NCBI GenBank assembly: GCA_937625935.1
Contig: OW569382.1
Span: 62,001-126,000, forward strand
Source of the DNA: Tetramitus jugosus
Lineage: Eukaryota > Protista > Heterolobosea
Direction of reading: 5' to 3'
Length of the DNA stretch: 64,000 nucleotides
This document shows positions 42,033 through 52,428 of this stretch, piece after piece. The stretch's first letter is position 1. Every line of letters begins with the position of its first letter. A program made the translations under genes and the position numbers. The notes under the pieces were generated by a model. It was given only the letters and a program-made list of their open reading frames with translations, did no database searches and was not told the DNA's origin.

Positions 42033-44036
42033 ATGACAATCCAAAAACAACTCGAGCAATGGAAGAGACAACACTCCCGTTTGCTCGCTGTGGATAACGA
42101 GTCAAGCTCACATGACGGCGGCGAAAATGAAGATGAACGATGGATCAAGAATCTCACATTTGACTCCAAACAGCAATCTGTTCACTTTCAAGCTGATCTC
42201 GACTTTTCAGAAGAGTTTTCGACCAGTGTCCTCATCATGACTCCACAACAATTGTCGTCATCGTCATCTCAAGACCTGTCTGTACAACCCTGTGATTATA
42301 AAGTCGTTTATCTAGATGTGTGCAAAAGTGTCAATGCTCCCTCCATTGACCGAGTTCTTTCCAGTGTCGTTGAGGAATTGGAAGCAAAGAGAATGAATTT
42401 TTTGGATGATGTAGATGATGAGAATGATGATGTCAATCAAAAGTATGATGATCCCATGTCACATGTATCCTATGATGATGATCGTAAGAATGAGGAAGAA
42501 GATGAACGAACTGATGAAGATGAAGAATTATCGGAGACGGTGATTGAGGGTTGGATGGATGACGATGATGAGATTGGAATTGATGATGTGGATGGAGGCA
42601 ACAATGTGCTGATGAAACAGATTGAATCAGATATCGAACAAGTGAATTCTCGAAAGTTGGGCTATTTTGCATTTTACAAGGCGAACAAGGAAGAAATTCG
42701 CATTTACTTGTTGATGGAACCGAGAAAACATTTGGCGATTAATGATACGGTGGCGAGTGCTTGGGGTATTGATCTGGACAAGTATATTGTGATTGCAATT
42801 ACATTTTCATCTTATTATTTGAGTTCTGCTATGATTCCACAGGTTGATGCGTTCCAATCTGGAGACGTGGACATCAAGGATGTGGCCTTATTGTTGGAAG
42901 ATAGAGTTCCATTCGGCTTGTATTGGACAGTGCAAGACTCCCTCAAAAATCAATTTTTCAAACAGTATTGGCCGATACAGACCTATCAGGAAAAAGTTCA
43001 AAAGAATTCGGGTCAGAATTACATGTTGTATGTTCTGGATTTGACTCGAAATATTATAGAGGACAGTCCAGGAAAGTGTATTATTTGTAACAGTAAGTTG
43101 TCTTATGAGGGCTTGAAACCGACAGTGTGCGATTCTCCCTTGTGTGTATTTTCTCATGAACAATACGGATTGGGCATCAACTTGGAGACTACGATCAAAA
43201 AAGACCCCGAGATTGTTGACTTGTTGATCACATTGACTTATGCCGCAGCAGTGGCTCCATTATCGAGATTCAATCCATTCAATCCATTCCCTAGTGGATT
43301 AGAAGCCAAGACAAAAGACTTGAGGGGCAATATAGTTACTCTTAACTTCTTAAATCCCATTAATGGAGAGAGGGATAATACCAAGGTGGCAGAAGTGATG
43401 AATCTGATACCACCTGTAAATGAATTGAGTTCCTGGGTAGACGCAGGTATTTTGAAGGATAAATGTGATGAGCGACACACTCTAATGTATCCGTTGATAA
43501 GGTGGATTCTTGCATCCAACAGATGTCACTTGAAGAAACTGAAAGAAGAGGAGCAAATTCAACAAATGGGTACACCTCATCAATACGTACTATTGAGTTC
43601 CACTCCATCTCGGGAGCGAGAATTCCAAGACTTGAAGGGCAAATATCCCTCAGTGTATGCCTTCCATGGTTCTCCATTAGGTAATTGGCACGCCATCATG
43701 AGAAACGGATTAGAAAACATGTCGGGTAAGACAGGGCAACTTCACGGTGCAGCTTATGGTTCGGGAGTGTATCTCGCACCATCATCAGGAACTAGTTTTT
43801 CCTACATGAAACTAAATCAAACATGGAAGCATTCCATGTTTAATAGTGGGTCGTTGGGTTGTATGGCCATGTGTGAAGTGTTGGCCAAACATCCTTCACT
43901 AGCGGGTCAACCAAAGCCGTTTTATGTTGTTGCAAACGAGAAGTTATTGGCCACACGTTACTTCTTTATTTACACAACAATCAATCACATCAATGTAGAT
44001 GGAAAACGTGTGAAGGTTCCTCCAGTGAAGTTGTAA
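42033..44036 (+). CDS. PARP6/PARP8-like mono-ADP-ribosyltransferase
   Basis: CIIC...KPTVCDSPLCVF, 'WILASNRCHL', 'AFHGSPLGNWHAIMRNGL', 'HGAAYGSGVYLAP', 'TRYFFIY'. Confidence 0.9.
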   Translation: MTIQKQLEQWKRQHSRLLAVDNESSSHDGGENEDERWIKNLTFDSKQQSVHFQADLDFSEEFSTSVLIMTPQQLSSSSSQDLSVQPCDYKVVYLDVCKSVNAPSIDRVLSSVVEELEAKRMNFLDDVDDENDDVNQKYDDPMSHVSYDDDRKNEEEDERTDEDEELSETVIEGWMDDDDEIGIDDVDGGNNVLMKQIESDIEQVNSRKLGYFAFYKANKEEIRIYLLMEPRKHLAINDTVASAWGIDLDKYIVIAITFSSYYLSSAMIPQVDAFQSGDVDIKDVALLLEDRVPFGLYWTVQDSLKNQFFKQYWPIQTYQEKVQKNSGQNYMLYVLDLTRNIIEDSPGKCIICNSKLSYEGLKPTVCDSPLCVFSHEQYGLGINLETTIKKDPEIVDLLITLTYAAAVAPLSRFNPFNPFPSGLEAKTKDLRGNIVTLNFLNPINGERDNTKVAEVMNLIPPVNELSSWVDAGILKDKCDERHTLMYPLIRWILASNRCHLKKLKEEEQIQQMGTPHQYVLLSSTPSREREFQDLKGKYPSVYAFHGSPLGNWHAIMRNGLENMSGKTGQLHGAAYGSGVYLAPSSGTSFSYMKLNQTWKHSMFNSGSLGCMAMCEVLAKHPSLAGQPKPFYVVANEKLLATRYFFIYTTINHINVDGKRVKVPPVKL

Positions 44037-44312
44037 ATGTACATACCAAACAAGATTACTACGGCACCGTCGTATGATTGCTTATTCTCCACAAACACAA
44101 TAATAACCACAGCTGCTTCCATGCACACAACCTTTAGATAGTCCTCATCTGGCATATCAGCCAAAGACTTAACTCTCTCAATACACGGATTCCAAACAAC
44201 GCAGCCAACAAGTCCTCCTTGTTCTTCTTATTGGATTGAGGCAATTCAACTCTTCGTCTTGGCGCTCGAAGAATTTTCTTAACTTTACTGATAAAACAAA
44301 GAAAGCACAACG

Positions 44313-44885
44313 ATGTCTGAAAAGCTTCTAGGAACATTCATCTCCAGGGAATATCCTCTCAAGATAGCGTTGAGATTCGTGTCCAATGATAATGTACTTG
44401 TTGTTAGACTCAATGATGGGATCCCACCGAAGCGAGACCTCCTTAATATTAATGCTCAGATCTTGGAAGAAGCAAAACTTGCTAGACATCTCCAACAACA
44501 AGAGCAAGAGTTAGAAGCAGCTAACCAGGAACTACAAGCAACTCGTAGAGGGTTGAGAGAAGCGAACAAAGAACTTGAAGTTACTCGCAGAAGGTTGGGA
44601 GAAGCGAATAAAGAGCTTGAAGAAACTTGCAGAGGATTGAGCGAAGCTAATAAGGAGATAGAAGAAACTCGCAGAGGATTGGGAGAAGCGAACAACAAGA
44701 TCTTCTCTCAAAGACAAGAATTGAAGAAATTAAGTTTCTTGCTCGAAGAGAAAGACATGGGGATAGTCCACCTTGAAGCCATGAACTTCGTAGAGCATGA
44801 CCTGAGTGGTTTTACCATGAGTGATGTGAGTCTCAATACATCCATTGGCTCCGCAATGAGTGGCACTCATTCTGAGTCTTCTTAG
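44313..44885 (+). CDS. Hypothetical coiled-coil protein with 14-aa tandem repeats
   Basis: About 4 repeats of EANKELEETRRGLG. Confidence 0.6.
   Translation: MSEKLLGTFISREYPLKIALRFVSNDNVLVVRLNDGIPPKRDLLNINAQILEEAKLARHLQQQEQELEAANQELQATRRGLREANKELEVTRRRLGEANKELEETCRGLSEANKEIEETRRGLGEANNKIFSQRQELKKLSFLLEEKDMGIVHLEAMNFVEHDLSGFTMSDVSLNTSIGSAMSGTHSESS
44517..44696 (+). repeat. 42-bp coding tandem repeat, ~4.3 copies
   Basis: Consensus near GAAGCGAATAAAGAGCTTGAAGAAACTCGCAGAGGATTGGGA. Confidence 0.85.
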
Positions 44886-45035
44886 AGCAGCCAAAACTAC
44901 TGTTCATGCCGATATGAATTGACATGACAGATTTCAGAAGATGGATCGTTCGTGCTTGTTTTGGAAGGTTCTTTACTGGTCGAAATTACAGTGATGTCCT
45001 ACTAACTTGATTGTGGTCGTTGATATGAGTTTACT

Positions 45036-45416
45036 TTATTGCATATGGAACCGTTCTTGGAGACGTGCCAACGATTGTATCCACTCCTCATGAAAGACAC
45101 TCTTGAGTTCTGATGTATTGGTCAGTTCCAACTTTTCATTAAATTTTAGTTCGACGTTTCTTGTCATTTTCTCGTTCATGAATTGAATTTCTATCACGGC
45201 TCTGTTACGAGAATTTCTATGAGGCATGGTTAAGATGGATGCTCGCATGTGGACGATTGTCTTGGACACTGGTTGCTTCTGTGTTGGATTGGAAAACGCA
45301 ACCTTCCATTCGTGTTCCATAACCTCCTTAAAACTAAAAGTGTAGCATTTGAGATCAAAAGCTTCGAGCAACATTTGGATCACCTCATTCTCATTCAACT
45401 CACGCTGTTCCATCAT
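45036..45416 (-). CDS. Small protein, possibly AKAP28/AKAP14-like
   Basis: 'WKVAFSNPTQKQPVSKTIVHM' resembles the AKAP28-family S-x-P-T-x-x-x-P motif, recalled rather than searched. Confidence 0.45.
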   Translation of the reverse strand: MMEQRELNENEVIQMLLEAFDLKCYTFSFKEVMEHEWKVAFSNPTQKQPVSKTIVHMRASILTMPHRNSRNRAVIEIQFMNEKMTRNVELKFNEKLELTNTSELKSVFHEEWIQSLARLQERFHMQ

Positions 45417-45567
45417 TCACCAATCTCACGCTTCGTCGTAGATCTCCTCGCGGACAAACTTGAGAAATTCGGGAAAGAAATTTTCCCTCCAACAGCATGC
45501 AAAATTAAATCCAAACGAGAACAATTGGATCAAAAGCAACCATTTTCGTGATCGCAACACCTCATAC

Positions 45568-47220
45568 ATGACCTCATTGGCAACAACTAACAATAGAGCC
45601 ACACCATCACAAAAACGGCTCATTCTTGCTCTGTATCGTTCACTTCTCACAACATGCAAGCTCTATGATGAATCACCTCAACTCAAAGCTCACTTGATCA
45701 ATCCCAAGTACATTCACAATTTTTCTCATTGGAACGATAACAATGCTGAGTCATGGTCTGCCAAATCTAAATTTAGACGATCCATGCTAAAGCAAGCTTT
45801 TGGTAGTAGTAGTACGAATGGTGCAAGTGTTGGTGCAAATGGTCCTTCTTTGTTTTGTCTTCCCAATGCTCATTATGATTCATCCACTGCCAATATTGGT
45901 GGTGTTGGTAGTGGTTCATCCTTCTCACAAATCTTGAAAACAGAATTGCGGCGGAGTTTATCGGCGGAGAGTTTGAAAAAGGGGAAGAAACCAATGTCTC
46001 CAGAGGTGGAGATTGATCGGAGGATCAATGATATGATGGCAGCATTCAAGTTGTTGAATGATAATTGGTCACTTGCTGTCAAGGAAGGTGTTGCTCAACA
46101 TAATTTGAAGGAGAATGAAAATACTCCGATTCTCCGTGTCAAGGACCGAAGTTTACCTGGTGTGGGAGGTTTGTTGGTGGCACATCCAATGATTCGTGGA
46201 AGAATGGAACGAAAGGTCATTCTCATTGTACAAAGGGCAAAGGAGTCGTTGATTGGTGTTGTTTTGAATGGATGTGCAAGTGACAATTCAATGAGAGGCC
46301 ACAACTTGCAAACTCAAGAACAAGAGCTGCAAAAAACTTCGTCTCCAACGGTGGAAATGATTCAACGGGAAAACAATGGAGCGATGCCAATCATGTCATC
46401 TGACGAGGGAATGATACCAACATTTGTTGTTGGTGATGACTTTGATCCGAGTGAATTGGAAGCGGGAGATTACAATACCATTGCGATACCGATACCCATG
46501 GACATGGTCCAGCCACCAGTCGTAGAGAAAACGATTCTTGATTATGACTATGATCAGTTGAGAGAGGGAATGGCAGAGTATGAAGCGGTCAATGATGAAG
46601 AAATGTCCATTTCGATGAGGTACCATAAATGGTATCAATGGGATGGACCACGGTTAGATTCCGAGCCACGATTTCTCTATTCTCTAAAGCGCAATGATGA
46701 CAGTGCTGCTGGAGGTGATCCGTTCGGTGTTAATGCTTCAATTGGTTTTCAGATTGCAGACAACTTATTTATTGCAAAGGGAAAGCACATGTTTTCGATT
46801 GAAACAGCAGAAGAAGGGAACAGTCCATTCGAATATGGAAGAAATATTTCTGCTGTGTATCGGTGGTCCAAAATGTCACTCAGGCGAGAGATTGAAGCAG
46901 GATTCTGGTTTCCGATTGATCAGTCCGAGTTGCATCACTTTAAAGATTTAATCTTTCCAAAGCAGCAAACAGAGAGAGTGTACCACAAACCAAAGAGTTT
47001 GGACGAACGAGTAGAGGAAGTCATTTCATTGGATGAGCAAAAGAGTGAAGGCGAACATGAGGATGACATTGAGCACGAAGACGAAATGTGGAGTGAAGTC
47101 ATGAGGCGGATAGGAGGTGAGTTTGCTGCACTTGCATCATTTCCAAAACATTGTGATTCAACTAGCCTCGATGTGAATGGAGCAGGATCGAACAACGAGA
47201 ATAAAGCGAACACCGTGTGA
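45568..47220 (+). CDS. DUF179 (YqgE/AlgH-like) domain protein with N-terminal LYR-like motif
   Basis: 'ILALYRSLL', 'GGLLVAHPMI...ERKVILIV...IGVVLN' and 'YRWSKMSLRREIEAGFW'. Confidence 0.7.
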   Translation: MTSLATTNNRATPSQKRLILALYRSLLTTCKLYDESPQLKAHLINPKYIHNFSHWNDNNAESWSAKSKFRRSMLKQAFGSSSTNGASVGANGPSLFCLPNAHYDSSTANIGGVGSGSSFSQILKTELRRSLSAESLKKGKKPMSPEVEIDRRINDMMAAFKLLNDNWSLAVKEGVAQHNLKENENTPILRVKDRSLPGVGGLLVAHPMIRGRMERKVILIVQRAKESLIGVVLNGCASDNSMRGHNLQTQEQELQKTSSPTVEMIQRENNGAMPIMSSDEGMIPTFVVGDDFDPSELEAGDYNTIAIPIPMDMVQPPVVEKTILDYDYDQLREGMAEYEAVNDEEMSISMRYHKWYQWDGPRLDSEPRFLYSLKRNDDSAAGGDPFGVNASIGFQIADNLFIAKGKHMFSIETAEEGNSPFEYGRNISAVYRWSKMSLRREIEAGFWFPIDQSELHHFKDLIFPKQQTERVYHKPKSLDERVEEVISLDEQKSEGEHEDDIEHEDEMWSEVMRRIGGEFAALASFPKHCDSTSLDVNGAGSNNENKANTV

Positions 47221-47262
47221 ATATAATACAAGTATGTTTACAATTAAACAATGAATGTTCGG

Positions 47263-48735
47263 TTAGAACACATAAGGTATGATTCTGTATGGAACTCTTT
47301 TCCGGTACTCTTCCCAAGCTTTTCCATACTTCAAAGAGCATCTTTCATCATCTCTATAACCTCTCTGAACAAGCAATATCGTCATGTAGATTAGATAAAA
47401 GTGAGGCAAGAGATGTCTAGTTCCACAACACATGCAAAATGCAAAGCACATGAGTAAATCTCCCAGATAGTTAAAGTGTCGAGACAAGCCCCAGAACCCA
47501 CTGCACAGAATCTTTGTTTCATGTTCCTCTCCGTCACCAGAGATGTACACTGCAGGTATGTATTCTGGAAGCCGACCCCAAATCTTCTTTTGACCGTTTG
47601 TTTCTCTAAAGTAATCCTTTTGATTGTTCACAGCTCTGAATATGTAGTAACCGAGCAAACCAATACACAACAGACCACATGCTTCAAATTGACTCAATTC
47701 AACTGGATTCTTCACCAAGTAAAAGCTCTGTAGAGGATACATGAAAGGCAACCAACACAAGTCTCCCCAACTCAAATAGAAGCCCATTCGATCATGAATG
47801 ATATCAATTGTACCAATGTACCAAGCTTCATGATAGAAGAAATCGAGCACGTAAACAGCGTGCAACACATTGAGAATCACCATGGAGTTTGTCACATGAC
47901 CATACAGTTCATACTGCTTGAAAGCAAAGCTCAAGTTGATCAGAGTCCAAGCTACAATTCCCGGTCTTCCATTCATGAACAACTTAATATCGAACCAAGC
48001 ATTGTCCTTTGTTCCAGGAGTGAGTCTAGGATTCAACTCTGCGCCCCAGTACAAGTCATAAAAGAAATTGCCAGTGTATCTCGTGTCGGAACACGTTGGA
48101 TAGTAATGTCCCTTGAGATAAAACAGAAAAGTGAACAGGAAGCCCAGTGTTTGTGTAATGACCATCAGCTCTCCCCAATAATCATAAATGATGGTTGGTT
48201 TGAACAGACCGAGACCAACAGAGCATATCAAGAATGCTGCATGAGTGATGAGCCATGCGTACAAGCCATTGACGCACTCATACTCCATTCGATTACCAGC
48301 AAAGGTCACTCTACCAGTGTATCTCTTGGAAGGTAATGTGGCCATGAGAAAGGCTTGAAACAGGAACCACACGGCATAGATTTGTACAGACTTCAGGCTT
48401 ACACTGGGAACTTTGTCCCACAATTGATTCAATGTTAATTTTCCATCCAACATGTCGAGCAAAGGACCACTCAATGCACCATTGTATTGATCCAATGACA
48501 ACCAAAAGTAGAATACCATGAGAGGGCAAAGAGTCATGATACCAATGATGGACAGAATCCAAATTTGACTGGGCATTTTGTAGTGCTCATGAAGAGGCTT
48601 GACTTTTGCTTCTTCTCTTGGCAGTTCGGATATTTTAGTCTCTGGTTGACCGAGAAGAGCCTCAACATTCGGTTCTTTTTGATAGAGTGACATGTTTTCC
48701 AGGAGACCCCTGTTTCTAGTTTCGAATTCCACCAT
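47263..48735 (-). CDS. DHCR7: 7-dehydrocholesterol reductase (ERG4/ERG24 family)
   Basis: 'GAELNPR', 'KLFMNGRPGIVAWTLINLS', 'GFWGLSRHFNYLGD', 'RDDERCSLKYGKAWEEY..RVPYRIIP'. Confidence 0.92.
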   Translation of the reverse strand: MVEFETRNRGLLENMSLYQKEPNVEALLGQPETKISELPREEAKVKPLHEHYKMPSQIWILSIIGIMTLCPLMVFYFWLSLDQYNGALSGPLLDMLDGKLTLNQLWDKVPSVSLKSVQIYAVWFLFQAFLMATLPSKRYTGRVTFAGNRMEYECVNGLYAWLITHAAFLICSVGLGLFKPTIIYDYWGELMVITQTLGFLFTFLFYLKGHYYPTCSDTRYTGNFFYDLYWGAELNPRLTPGTKDNAWFDIKLFMNGRPGIVAWTLINLSFAFKQYELYGHVTNSMVILNVLHAVYVLDFFYHEAWYIGTIDIIHDRMGFYLSWGDLCWLPFMYPLQSFYLVKNPVELSQFEACGLLCIGLLGYYIFRAVNNQKDYFRETNGQKKIWGRLPEYIPAVYISGDGEEHETKILCSGFWGLSRHFNYLGDLLMCFAFCMCCGTRHLLPHFYLIYMTILLVQRGYRDDERCSLKYGKAWEEYRKRVPYRIIPYVF

Positions 48736-49293
48736 TGTTTAGTTACTTTCCTATATCAAATTTGTTGTGGACGAAGAGAAGGCCAAGTGCAATGCTATGT
48801 TGTTGTTTTCTAAACTGCTCCTGAAACACCTCCAAAGCAGTTCACTGACTCTAAGAGCTGAAAAAGAAATGTATTTACTCTCTCAGATCTGACAAACTAT
48901 TTCAGGAGTTAGTTACCCGACCTATTGAAGTTTCGCGTTCTTTCCATAGTGAGTATCAAACCGAGCGACTGATCGTCATACTCCGTTTTTCCTCTTCTAA
49001 ACGGTCGAACCAGAGGAACAATGCAAACTTTTTCGAGTCACGCCCAAGGTCATTTTGATTGAACGTTTTTCGGCAGCCAAAAATACACCTGAAAGCTTTT
49101 TTGGTTGGCTTACCAGACATCCGTTCTTTCGCTCTGGGCAAAGAGTGCACTTCAACTAAACAAGAGTATCAAGTTGTGCATTATCATTGACAGAAACCCC
49201 AGTTTGTTCCAGCGTTCTGATCATCCAACCAATCACTTTATACCACACACCCATCATCACCCTCACACATATTGAAGAAGATAAAAAACGGCA

Positions 49294-51535
49294 ATGGTTG
49301 CTCATAGCAAGGAAGTATGGTTTGAGAAGGAAGTGCAACAACTTGTAAGCAAGTTTAACTCCATTCAAAGAAACTTTGAATCACGAGTGTCCACTCACAA
49401 GTGGAAACTCATTTCTCTGGCAAGTTTATGCACGTTTGTTTGCTATCGACTGTATCAAAAGTATGTTGGCGGGGATCAATCAAGGTTACAAAAAATTACA
49501 AAAAATCAGACAAACCCTTCCAACGGAGAAGATCCTTCTCCTACAACGCACCAACGACACAGAACAAGAATTGATAGAGAATTCTTGGATAGATTATTGT
49601 ACTTGGTTCGAATTGCAATGCCTCATTGGTTTAGCAAGGAAATGGTCATTTGTATTTGCACGGGAATCACCGTCATTGCACAATCATTTCTCATTAATCT
49701 GTCAAACTCGATTGCAGGTGACCTCATGGTGGATCTCACTTCTCGAAACCAAAGACCATTCTTCAAGCACCTACTAATGTTGACTGGTGTTTTGACTTGC
49801 AATTCAGTTGTGTCTCCATTCATTCATTACTTGATTGGAAATTTGCATGTTTCAATGAGAAAGAACATGACTCTGCACATACACAAACTGTACTATAGAA
49901 ATATGATTTATTACAAGGCTCAGAACCTCGACCGTAGATTAGGCAATCCGTATGTTGTTCCTTAAGTTTGTTTTGGTTTTGTCATTCTGAACCATATTTT
50001 CTAATCCTGACTCGTTCAATGTATAGTGATCAGAGAATTACTCAAGATGTAGATGTAGTGTGCAAACAAATAACAAGTTTATTCTTGGATTTACTGTCGC
50101 CAGCAATAGATGTGATTTTGTACACATATCAATTGAATCATCTGATGGGTGTCGGGGGTCCATTGTCCATTCTCATTTACATGGCCATTGCGTTCTTTGC
50201 CCTTTCTTTTGTCACACCAAACTTTACGAGAATGGCAGCAGAAACGCAAAACAGAGAGGGAGAGTTCAGACATATCCATGCCAGAGCAAGGTTGAATGCA
50301 GAGTCAATCGCATTCTATGGTGGTGACGAAAAAGAACGGACCATCATTGAGCGATACTTTAAGAATCTGACAGATTACAGTATGGTTGTGATTCGCAAGA
50401 ATTTCATCTTTGGAGTTGTGAATGACTATTTTACAAAGTACGCACCATATGCAATCATGTCACTTGTGGCCGGTATTCCATTCTTCTATGGCGAGAAGAG
50501 AAAGTTATCGAGTCAAGAGGTTATGGGAAGCATGAGATACTTAGTTGCAGTTATAGCTTATGAGTTCTTTGCCGTAGGAAAACTGATTGAACTGTTCCGA
50601 AAGTTGTTGAAGTTGTCTGGATACACGAATCGTGTCCATCTTTTGTTCGAAGTCATGAACGACTTGGAACAAAGAGAAAAGAAGAAATCTGAAAAGATAA
50701 ATGGTGAGATCAAGAACTCAGAGGAGATTCGATTCGAGAATGTGAGTATCTATACCCCACATGAGGTTCTTCTTGCGAAACAACTGTCATTTGTGGTTAA
50801 GAAGGGAAAGAATGTCGTCATATCTGGTCCTAACGGTGCTGGAAAGGTTTGTATGAATTTCAACTGTTTATTCCAATTTACTTTTTTACTGACTCTGATA
50901 CCTCTATGCATGATGAATGCAAATAGTCATCTCTGTTCCGAGTTCTTGGTGGTCTGTGGCCATTGTACGAAGGTACAGTCTATAAACCAGGTACAGGAAA
51001 AGATGGATTGTCAAAGGAGATTTTCTACTTGCCTCAGAAACCCTATAATGTCATTGGTTCACTGAGAGATCAAATTGTATATCCAGACACGAGGAGTAGA
51101 AGTACAGACAAGGAGCTGAGACGTTTACTTGATATGTTTGGAATCAGGTATTTGAGCACCAGACACAATGAAGGATTCGATGGTTGTCAAGACTGGGACA
51201 AATTGTCGAGAGGAGAGCAACAAAGGCTCGCCATGGTTCGACTCTTCTATCACAAACCGTCATATGCCATTCTTGACGAGTGTACATCGTGTATCAACAA
51301 GGATGCCGAAACAGATCTGTACAATAACTGTGCGAAGAATGGAATCACCTGTATCACAATATCTCATCGACCTGCTCTCGAAAAGTTCCATCAGTACAAG
51401 TTGTGGTTCGATGGTGAGGGTGGGTGGTCGTTCGAGAAGAAATCAAAGAGTGGAAAGTGGACCAAACAAGATTCATTTTCCATCGAGCGATTCTCCAAAT
51501 TCAAGCATGATCCTCTCCAAAAATCGAAACACTAA
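49294..51535 (+). CDS. Peroxisomal ABCD half-transporter; introns 49950-50026 and 50847-50926
   Basis: NP|DQRITQD, EAA motif 'NAESIAFYGG', Walker A GPNGAGK|SSLFRVLGGLWP, 'LSRGEQQRLAMVRLFYHKP', ILDECTS. Confidence 0.95.
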
Positions 51536-51755
51536 GAAATTGTCCAATGCTCTATGTTTTTGTAAACTACTTGGATGTGATGTCTCGCTTCTTCCGTAGA
51601 TGTCGGATGTCGGACAAAGTCAAAAATAGCCCATAGAACTTTTCCACCACGAACATGCGTGTCACCCAACAATAAAAGATCAGTTTTTTCGCCTGAGAGG
51701 ACCACAACAAGCAACAAGCAACAAGCAACACACAAACAACAAAAGGCTCATTCAA

Positions 51756-51947
51756 ATGACTCGTTCAAGAAACTCCAGTGGCAAGAGGAGAAGACATGTC
51801 TCACTCAAGCAATGGCGCAAGGAAACCAACAGGAGACAGAGAACAGCCGTGAGAGGCATCATGTCAAAGATTGAGAGCAATCCCATCTATGGCATTGAGA
51901 ATTTGCCGAGTCGGCACGAGTTGTCCGACATGTGGGAAATGTTCTAG
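51756..51947 (+). CDS. Small basic hypothetical protein (63 aa)
   Basis: ATG follows a CAA-rich leader like those of neighbouring genes; K/R-rich sequence. Confidence 0.4.
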   Translation: MTRSRNSSGKRRRHVSLKQWRKETNRRQRTAVRGIMSKIESNPIYGIENLPSRHELSDMWEMF

Positions 51948-52428
51948 GAGAGCACCATTCACCTTTTGTGGTTCAAAACATGTAATAAATGTCGATCGCG
52001 GATGCCGAACAAGCCGGCACCACTGAGCATGAAGTCACCAGTGTGTCACTAAATAAATTGGGAACAGTATCTGATTGATCAGAAGTATGATCTTGTGATT
52101 AGTTCACTACTTTCAGATAGGTTATCGCTCAAAATTAGCCCTATATCCTATAATGTACTGTATCCGCGTGCCACAATAAATAATTTTGTAAATCGGATTG
52201 ATTAATTGGAGTTCCTTTTTATTTTCCCGATTCCTTTCTCGAAAAAATAATCTGTAAACAAGACCGCTCTCGTCGCAGTATTTTTTTTACCGACAGGTGA
52301 TAGGCTAACTCCTACAAGCAGCAAAAAACAAGAAAAACAAGAAAAAACGAACAACAACCCCTCCATCCATACAACAACAACAACGAAAAAAAAAATATTT
52401 CTCATACTGATACCAACGTGGAAAAAAA

